A stretch of 64,000 bases of DNA from Adineta vaga (taxonomy: Eukaryota > Animalia > Rotifera). Positions 55,100 through 64,000 of this stretch are shown here, in pieces. The stretch spans positions 15,934,001 through 15,998,000 of the forward strand of contig CP075495.1 in assembly GCA_021613535.1 (NCBI GenBank). The letters run 5' to 3'. Numbering within the stretch: the first letter of the stretch is position 1; every line of letters begins with the position of its first letter. The notes under the pieces were generated by a model that was not told the origin of the DNA, searched no databases, and saw nothing but the letters and a program-made list of their open reading frames with translations. The position numbers were made by a program, and so were the translations under genes.

Positions 55100-55738
55100 T
55101 TAACCCTTCGTGGATGTTCTCATTTTTTAACTTCGTTGATGTTTACGGGTCTATCTGGACCTGTCTATGAAATTTTATAAAAAAACAACATTTTAACTTT
55201 ACTTATACTTTTCATTCGCTTATCAGAAAGATATAGATGGTTTGACTTTTATAAGGATATCAGCGCATTTCTGGTTTTGCATTGTAAGAGGGTTCCGTAA
55301 TTGAAATAAAAATTGAGTAGATCGTTTTAAAATGATGTCAAGAAAAACTGAAGATGTTGTAGACGCAACCATTGTTCATCGGATAATATATTTATGTGCA
55401 TATGTTAGTACATGCAAAACTAATTATGTATGTAGGAATAGCAAATTTTATAATGAACCAAGTTTATTCATCTTCTTCTTATGTTTAAAACCAATAAGAG
55501 AAAACTAAACATTGTGACAACATTTGTCATATGTTTGTCGAACTTTTCTTCCAGGATTTGAAGGACATAAATAACACCTATTTTTTGTTGGATGTAAAGA
55601 AATATTAGCACTAAGATTATCCAACCCTTGTGAGCTAATAGTGTAACCAAGTGATGATAGAGCTAGTTTTACTTTGGGTTTCAGATGAGTTTCTTGACTA
55701 CGACGTTGATTTTGCTGGCGTGAAAGTTGTTGAACTAA

Positions 55739-58243
55739 CGAGGGAGGTACCCGAAGTGATTAATCGCTTTAGAGTCCATACTTTGGGCATATCGAGATGA
55801 CATATAGATAACAACAACCCTAAAAGGATTTGGGCTCATGCCTCTTTTAGGCTGAAATATTCAATTTTCAAGTTTCACACGATGAAAGGAATTTTCAATC
55901 CTACACTATGTATATTTTAAAACAAAAATAAGCTGTAAGCAGGAAATTCTATGATGAACTGGTTGCATCGCTAGAAATTAACTATAGAATTCAGAGTTTT
56001 TTCTTCATTTCTGTAAATCAGAGAATTTTTTTCTATCATATTACTCACTATTACGAACACGATAACTCATAGATGATATACAGCAGATGCATATCATACG
56101 CGTTCTTTCACGACGTCTTGAAAATGATAATAATGATAAGCTCGATATAAAGAACATGTGCTACCGTGTGATATTTGTTAATCGAAAGAAGTATTTTTAT
56201 CAAACTGATCGTTCGTTGCATTTTTATATAACTAAAATATGACTGATGCTGAAAAAATAGCGAAAATTTTGGTGGATCGAATTACTGAACGTGAAGAACC
56301 GGATCGTCGAAGATTACGAGCAAATCCATTCGAAGAAAAAATCGTGCATTCCCTCTTAGAAATAATTGACAGGGTTAACCTATGCGTATCGTTTGAAGTT
56401 GAATCAGAAACAACACTCGATTTCGATGACGACGACGCATTTAGTGGTTCCGAAGATGAAAATATGGACCCAGATTTCGATGAAATCGAAAATACTGATA
56501 GTTCGCCCAACCAAATGAACTTTACCTTGGAATATATGAAAAAGGCCATTGATTACTATGATGCTTGTGACTCAAACGGAAGAAAGAAACATACATGGAA
56601 ATCAACAAAGCATCAATTTAAGGCCGTTCCTTGCCAGCAGTATGTTTCTCGTTTTCGTCATTACATTGAACAGCATGGTACAAGACGAGAGAAAATACAA
56701 ATTATAGATAATTTTGTACACGACAAATTCGAAGAAGCTCGCGAAAATGTTCTCTCTGTTCACGATCACGATTTGAAACAGTGAGCCCTTCAAAAAGCTG
56801 CTGAAGATTCGGTTCTCGATTTCGAAGCATCGAAACACTGGCTAGAGTCTTTTAAACATCGTCATAATATTTGTTCGAGAAAAAATACGAAAACAGTGAC
56901 CCGTCATCAAATGGCTGATTCCGATACTATCGACGCGTCTGCCGATTCCTTTCTAACAAAAGTGAAACAAGAAATGAGTCACTACACACCTGAAGAAATT
57001 CTCAATACTGATCAGGCTGACATCGAACTAGAGATGCACTCGACAAGAACTCTCTCGCATAAAGGTGAAGATGCTACTATAGCACGCGTAAGATCAAAAA
57101 ATGCCACAACGCATTCTTACATCATTCAACCAATAATAACTCTTGCCGATCAACTTCTCGATCCTCTCTTTATTTGCTTAAAGGAACCAAAGGAAAAGAT
57201 GAGCGATAGTGAGTTAACTTTAATCTTCTCTTCGATAATATGCGAACGTTGTTTTTACTAGATGTCAAAAAGAAACTATTTGATGCCCCAAACGTGGTTG
57301 TAACGTGTAGTTCTTCAGGAAAACTCACTGGCTCTTTGGTAGAATATTGGCGAGATCACGTTCTTCGCCCATTTGTTCCATCGAAATCTCTTCTAATCTC
57401 GGACTACTGGCCGGGTCAACGAGACTCAGACATATACTTCGCTGTTCAAGGATGTAAGAGATTAGAGATACCAGCTCATACTACGTCACGCATTCAACCA
57501 CTTGATGTCTATTTTAACAGACAATGGAAGGTATTTCCTAGACGTATATTCGATCACGTTCAACTTGATGACATCGCCATCAACTTATCTGAACGAAACA
57601 ATATAATACAATTGAATTCTCTTATTCATAATCAGTTGTCGTCGTCTCAATTCTTACCTATGATCAAGTATGCGTAGTTTGCATCAGGGTATATTGATCA
57701 GGATCGAAGAAGTTTTAAGTCTGTCAATGAAGTTTGCTTCAACATTGGTGCTGATGTTTGTCAACACTCGAGCTGTCAATCGTTATGCTTTATTAAATGC
57801 AGCCATTGTCAAAAACTACTCTGCTTTGAATATTTCTTTGAAGCTTACCACTATCATAAATAGATATCGACCTTTTCTAGTGTGATACTACAGATTTCTT
57901 AGAAATGACTTTTATTAAAAAAGACGGTTCATCGACTACGGGGCTTCCAAGAAAATAATTCTGATTTACAGAAATGAAGAAAAAACTCTGAATTCTATAG
58001 TTAATTTCTAGCGATGCAACCAGTTCATCATAGAATTTCCTGCTTACAGCTTATTTTTGTTTTAAAATATACATAGTGTAGGATTGAAAATTCCTTTCAT
58101 CGTGTGAAACTTGAAAATTGAATATTTCAGCCTAAAAGAGGCATGAGCCCAAATCCTTTTAGGGTTGTTGTTATCTATATGTCATCTCGATATGCCCAAA
58201 GTATGGACTCTAAAGCGATTAATCACTTCGGGTACCTCCCTCG
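55739..58243 (+). mobile_element. Tc4/Tc5-like DNA transposon with about 283-bp TIRs and 3-bp TAA TSD
   Basis: TIRs 55739-56021 and 57961-58243 (CGAGGGAGGTACCCGAAG..). TAA on both sides; the reconstructed target CTAAG fits CTNAG. Confidence 0.85.
56239..57863 (+). pseudogene. Tc5/pogo-type (CENP-B HTH plus DDE_1) transposase with nonsense mutations
   Basis: FEASKHWLESFKHRHNI, NTDQ, SDYWPGQ, IPAHTTSRIQPLDVYF and a C-terminal Cys cluster. Stops at 56782 and 57675, one short intron near 57209-57261. Confidence 0.85.
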
Positions 58244-59032
58244 TAAGTGTTTGACAAATAAACGACGAGTATTAGATCGTCTCACATTCCATTCCGGGTT
58301 TTGACATAACCAAACTGTGATTGCATTTGTTGTTGCAATATCGATGAGATTATAAAATACGATCATTGGCCACCGACGAGTAATTCTACGTGCCGTATAA
58401 TGATTGATACAATGGTCAATAACATCCACTCCACATTTTGTTTGATCATAGTCGTGAATAGCACATGGTAATGACTTCTCATCATCAAATGTTTCTGGAC
58501 ATTTATGTAATGATGATAAGATAATAATTGGTTTCTTCTTTTCTTTTGCTTGATAAGACAATAGCATAGACGAATTTGAAAAATAAAACCAGAATGAATG
58601 AAGTTGTTTACGACAAATCTTTATTTCATTTGGTACAAAGGATCTTCTACGTTCAACGACTCCAATTGATGTCATTTTTCTATCTAATAAAGCTGCGCAT
58701 AATTTCATATCGGTAAAATACCGATCAAATGTAACGCAACGACCTTGTTTGACACTATCGAGCAAGTGATCTATCAACTCAAGAACAACCTTCATAGAAA
58801 GATTCTTCTGAATCATATTATTCGTTTTTCCAGTATAGAGATCAATCGACAATACATATCGACTCTCTGCATCACACAAAGCACAAAACTTTAGCCCATA
58901 TTTCGCTGGCTTCCTTGGCATGTACTGCACAAATCGGCAACGACCACGAAAGGGCACCAGCTGCACATCCACAGTCAAATACTCTCCTGGTATAAAGTGT
59001 TTAGTCAGTTGTGTGACAGAAGTTTCGAATGT

Positions 59033-60307
59033 GAGTGAATTGCGCTGCCATTGTACCGTTTTAAGAGAAAAGTTGAAAAAAAAGTTCACCTAAAGAGCAT
59101 CTAAGTAGTGTACTCGATAGAGCTCTATCAGTTGTACCTAAATATACTTTTTCCCTACTGTCAGATTTACTATTCTATCAAAAATCGAGTTTTACGGAAA
59201 TACGCATAGTTTTGCTGATATTCTGATACTATAAAATACATGTATTTTATGGCTTTTTTATTCAAAAAAAGGTACATATAAATATTTATATATTGGTATT
59301 GTATATTAAATGAAAGCTCTTCGATAGGGAATTCTAATGAATATATGTAAAACTTTATCTGCGCGCAGAAATATTATTTTGCGTCTAAAGGTTAGGATAG
59401 TACATCTTAATCATATCTCTTGTCCCGTACGATCCGACTATCTTAACTATGGGTTTTCTGGAATATTCAGAATATGTAGAAAAAAGGTTTCTCAGTCTGA
59501 GAAGTCTATCGAAGTCATATGAAAGGAAATTCAATTGAATTGTTTCCAAATATATCTTGTTTTAATCTGTCGTGACATTTTCTAAGTAAATGGCTGTTTT
59601 CTCGAGAATGGTAGTTACTTAGTGAGAAGCTCAATTTTTATTACAGATACATTTCGCAGTCAGCTAAAAAGGAGGAAAAGAATCTTGATTTTGTGTCTTC
59701 TAGTTGCTGAGAAATTGAGGAAACAAAATTGAATATCTGTCGTGACATTTAGTGAGACATTAGCTGTTACCTTTTATTTTAAATTTTTTATTAGGTTTAA
59801 AAGATTAAGAGAAAATTCTTTTTATAAAAACAATTTTCAATCTTTCTTCTCTCAAATAAAAAAAGAATATTTGAGTTTCCTTTTAAGTTGCGTTTATTAT
59901 GTTGAATTTAATCTGTCGTGACATAAAATAGTCACTTAGTGTGTTTAATCAGTATTAGCCAAATTTGATCAATAAATCAAAAACGAAATTATGATCATTT
60001 TATAGTAGCAGAAAGAGGAAAGTGAGAGCTGCAAAATGTTTCAAAACATTTAATTTTATCCAAACAAAACTGTTTAATTGGATTATGATTTTCATCTATA
60101 GATGTCACCCAAATCGCCCAATTTTGACCTTTTTCATTCCGAAAATCGGAACAGTAGTACACTGGCAAATTGAATTTTTGATGTGAAGTAGGACAAACAT
60201 TAACGGTTTTTTAAAAAAAAAGAATTTGAAAATCGGTTGAGTTCAAGTCAGGATATAAGCATTCTCGTTCTCCCATAGTAACGGTACAATACCAGCGCAA
60301 TTCACTC
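59033..60307. mobile_element. Non-autonomous GAG..CTC element (Sola2-like MITE)
   Basis: GAGTGAATTGCGCTG..ATTGTACCGTT pairs with AACGGTACAAT..CAGCGCAATTCACTC. Flanks are ATGT and ATAT. Internal ATCTGTCGTGACA repeats. Confidence 0.7.
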
Positions 60308-60648
60308 ATATCTAGGCGACTTGGTTTCTGGATGAAGTTTTTGAGCATTATGAGACTTTTTCGGACAAAGTTTCGATAAAAAAGTATGGTTTATTCAAAA
60401 CTAATATCAGATTCGGAAGCAGCGGTAAAAATTCAGTCGATTTATATGTTTTAAATAATTTTGACAATAAAAATATTGTTTGTAAATATCCTTGCATCGT
60501 CCCACAAGGATTGTCTGGGCAATAATGAGCATTTTTTCGATAACTCACTCATTTCTTGAGGGATCATTCTCATCTTCCAACTCGATCAAGACATTGATGA
60601 GACTGAACTGTGCAGAACATTTCACCACAATCTACTTCTTCTTTCGAA

Positions 60649-60716
60649 AGTTATCCAGTAAACGGTCGGACACACTGATCGAATCTAGTGTGTTCACTTT
60701 TTGAGTGCACTAAAAA
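60649..60716 (+). mobile_element. Second HINE-like 3' end fragment
   Basis: AGTTATCC.GTAAACGG..GACACACTGATCGAATCTAG plus a degenerate hairpin, similar to 12244-12317. Confidence 0.45.
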
Positions 60717-61214
60717 CGGCTTACTTTTTGGTGACAAATATGAAAAAGTGAGTCAGTCTATCAAAGTATATGTCCTTGACAAAAATTGACCAGAAAATCT
60801 GAACGATAGCGACTGTAGCAGTCGAGAGCACTCGTGGGAGCTTTCGATTGGCATAGACCGATCAACTGTAATAATATTCTAATAAGTCTTAGAGACCTAA
60901 AAACTATATAGAAGGTCGTATTGTGTAATATATTTGAAATACTTGGTTTTTAAAAGTACTAAAAGCATAGTTTTATAGAGTTGTTCTTATAGAGATTGAA
61001 GCAGGATTTCGTGCTTTTTCTAATGAAACCAACCGCAGATCGCTACAGCATTTTGTTGATGAGATATTAGCGAAATATCGCTCAATGATAACACATGATA
61101 ATATTATATGATGTTGGACGGCGTAGATGAATTTGGATACACTCAAAATAGTTTTTAAGTCCGTTTTTTATTTTTTTTACGAAGACGTAAGATTTCTATG
61201 TCAAAACGACATTA

Positions 61215-61480
61215 GTCATTCATCGTTGTATGGTGGTCTTTGAAGCAATCAGCAACAGAGGTATATCACAATGAAGACACATATCGCGTGGCACGTCGAA
61301 TATTATGTGACGTATAAACCGTACATTTTCTTTGCGGCTGTTTTGACTGTGAATTCCTTGGAATGAGTGATAGATAATATTGAGCAGTTTGGCGCAGCGG
61401 AAAAGGTCTTGTTGATGGTCTTTCGATAGTAATTGGTCTTTTTGATCCATATGTTGGCAAAATTTCTCTGATGATTTCAA
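61215..61480 (-). pseudogene. Fragment of a piggyBac-type C-terminal Cys-rich domain
   Basis: Frameshifted RKCTV..RRATRY / CLHCDIPL / CFKDHHT, matching the PGBD C-terminal zinc-finger pattern. Confidence 0.55.
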
Positions 61481-62438
61481 GACAAAAATCAGCTAGATAG
61501 ATCGAAACATTATTCTAGATTTTGTAAACTACAAATGCATTATTATTGTCCAAAGAAGAATGTGTTTGATTCATTCTTACCCTTGTCTTTTAATATTCGA
61601 ATGATAGGTATATATAGGCTACGATTTAGAAATTTGAAAGAACTTACTGAATTTTCTAGATAGGATAGAACTAAATAGAAATTTACACAAAAGATAGAAA
61701 GTACCTGGAAAGTATCAGAGAGAACACTGTGTCATCAAAAGTGAGAAAAGATCGAAAGTAAAATGACTTTACCACAACACACTAGAATGATACATCGTCT
61801 ATGTTATTATGCAGAACGCAAGAAAACATAGATGTGTAATAGAAATAAGTGATAAGAAAAGAAAAAAAGATTGCACTATCATGATACGACTTCGCGAACG
61901 ACAATAATATCATCTGAACAATCAAAGAATATGCTAAGAGCTTCTTTATCCAGTAACTGCATTAGAAAGTATTTATTCGTCACCGGAACGCAAAGGTCAA
62001 GTTCCTTCTCATTGTTTAGTTGAATTTATTTATAAAACTATTTCAGTATATAACTAAGGTTGTTAAGAAAACTAGTGTGAACATAAAAATATCAAATAAA
62101 AGTTAGAAAAAACCGTCACAACTTGTATCTAAGAGGCATTGCTCGTAAGCTACACCCGACGTTTCTCAATGAACATCTCGGATTTGACTGATATGTATAC
62201 AGTAGAAAAACCATACTATGTTAGGAAGAAACCCAAAAATTTAAGTCAAACGAATGGGCCTTTGCAGAGATATAAGTTTTACAAGCATCATGAGTACCGT
62301 ACATTTGAGGAGGATTTTAAACCAATAATTGTGAATACATTTTGAACATATCAGTCGAATCAGAGATGAACATAGAGAAAGGTCGGATGTGGCTTACGAG
62401 CAATGCCTTCTAAGCGAATGTTCATATTAAGAACGAGT

Positions 62439-63022
62439 TTATTTGTGAGCAGATATTCCGATTATAGGTTGATATTTCTGAGAATCTTTGTCCAATTCAG
62501 TGTCGCGCACACTCTCTATAGGAACCCATTTGAAGTATTTGAAGCCGGCTTTTTGAAATGCTTGCTCATAAATAGCAGGTGAAAAGTAATACGTTATGAA
62601 TGAAAGGATCGAACCGTCAGGATTGACAACATTGTTTTTAATTTGAGCTCCGTCGATTAGTGGCAGTTGAGCTTCAAACCAATAGCCAAATTTACGATAG
62701 ATATCCGTATTGACAATGTGCTCAGTACAACATACATTCGCGTTGATACCAAGGAAATAAGCTTCGTTATTATCTCCAAGTTGCTCACTAATTATCCTCA
62801 CCATTTTTTCAAGTTCATTTAATGTCGTAGCATAGTTAAGCAGATAAGCGGCGACAACCAAATCGAACTTTTTCTCTGGCTCAGTTAAATTAAGCACATC
62901 TGCGATTTGATAAGTAATCCCAAGAGGATGATTTTTTTCACTTGTGCGTGCAATATCAATCATAGCTGGACTTATATCAACACCAACTACTTCTTTGCAG
63001 CCAAGTTCTTCTTTAAGTTTTC
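62439..63022 (-). CDS. Class I SAM-dependent methyltransferase, ToxA-like; 3' exon only
   Basis: VVGVDISPAMIDIAR, FDLVVAAYLLNYA and YEQAFQKAGFKYFKW motifs. Splice acceptor CTATAG ends at 63023. The motif-I exon was not found in the window. Confidence 0.8.
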
Positions 63023-63392
63023 CTATAGATGCAAACAAGAACAATACACTTGAATAGTACAACACTGAACTCAATGCAATGGCGGATTCATATGGGGTAC
63101 AGTCACACCCACTTTGGTTTCTAAGTTGTGCTTGGTGCCATAGATCATGACATTTGATGATTAATGTAAATTTGGATAGTTGAGAAAAAAGGAGGGTGTG
63201 GGTTTGGGTACTACATGTATCGATAAGCTACACTCCATCTTCACCCAACCTCAAGATCTTTTTTCTGTCCGATCTTTACTACAAATGCTAAAAAACCCAC
63301 CGAAAATTTAACGTATTTTTTTACCATTTTCTGACAGTTTTTGCCTTTTGGGTTTCTGAAAAACTTTCTTCGATAGATTCCAAACATGTAGT

Positions 63393-63815
63393 TTTATCCA
63401 CTCGACTGTAGGGAGGATCTTATGAAAAAATAATTTGTTTGTACATTTGTGTCAGGGTCAAGGGTCAAAAATATTTTTTTTTAAATGGTCGCAAACGTTG
63501 AAAACTGGTAGCAAGATGGGGCTAGGTCTAGTGGGACTGAGTTGTGCAGGGGCAAGGGAGGGGGGGCTGGACGCACACGGGTAGGTGTATGTGCGTGAGT
63601 GGGGATGTTGAGTGAGGGTGTTGGATGAAATTGGTTTCACGAAAAAAAAGCTAACATTCTGTTTTCGACGGTGGATACATATTTCAACAATGACATGAAA
63701 ACCGTTTTCTCGCATCTTAAGTTTCCAGATTAATTTATCCCACTATTGAGTCCAGCTGAAAATATCCGTCCTCCACAGTCGAGGGTTAAGTGAGTCGGTC
63801 CGACGAGCCTTACTT
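63393..63815 (+). mobile_element. Short non-autonomous Helentron/Helitron2-like element, same family as 16850-20476
   Basis: CTCGACTGT (63401-63409) pairs with ACAGTCGAG (63775-63783). Shares TTTGTGTCAGGG.CAA.G.TCAAAA and the 3' AGTCGAGGG.TTA.G.GAGTC with the 16850 element. Confidence 0.65.
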
Positions 63816-64000
63816 GTAGATTTCAATCTATTATATTTTTCGGCATATTAACAATTTAATTTGAATGATTTTCAGGGGAGAAAATAACCAAATTCTGAGT
63901 AACTATAAACTCAGAATATCCAAAACTATATTTTGGACCTGTTGAAGAAGGTACTTGTCGAACCCGTCCAAAAATCACTTCAAAAATGCTGAAAGCTTGG

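Larger units (their letters stand above)
55104..59030 (-). mobile_element. piggyBac remnant (3' part of transposase plus one terminus), split by a Tc5-like element
   Basis: TTAA|CCCT at 55100-55107. Motifs LTVDVQLVPFRGRC, YMPRKPAKYG, VTFDRYFT, TKCGVDVID and TRRW. After removing 55739-58243 the frame continues to RCYLCP..KCCHNV near 55510. Confidence 0.85.

Noticed and set aside
63782-63789. AGGG-TTAA as the missing right end of the piggyBac at 55104
   Set aside because: It does not match the 55104 terminus beyond CCCT and instead pairs with 63401-63409 in the Helentron-like element.
1-64000. CRISPR arrays, rRNA, tRNA, prokaryotic operons or bacterial contamination
   Set aside because: No repeat-spacer arrays or RNA-gene signatures were seen. 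Spliceosomal introns and eukaryotic TEs inside the NRPS show it is genuinely eukaryotic.

Overview
AT-rich eukaryotic DNA with short (about 50-70 nt) GT-AG introns, TGTGGG repeats and an intron-containing bacterial-type NRPS. This combination most likely indicates a bdelloid rotifer (inference). The centre is one giant 21-exon NRPS gene (27540-52952, +, about 6113 aa by my exon model, open frame throughout). Its architecture is C-T-C-[C-A-T-C]-[C-A-T-C]-C-A-T followed by a Pls/PosA-like (epsilon-poly-L-lysine synthetase-type) membrane C-terminal domain, with no TE or R release domain. Modules 1 and 2 are a roughly 5.5-kb direct duplication that is essentially identical, introns included, except across the adenylation substrate-pocket region. 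All module-bounding introns are phase 1. Other host genes are an IPP isomerase (IDI1), a spliced single-pass membrane protein gene that the ORF track fragments, and the 3' exon of a ToxA-like SAM methyltransferase. The rest is dense, nested transposon debris: Sola2-like, solo LTR, TRIM-like LTR element, Helentron/Helitron, RTE LINE, hAT- and P-like MITEs, piggyBac and Tc4/Tc5-like. All coordinates and alignments were read by eye and no searches were run.
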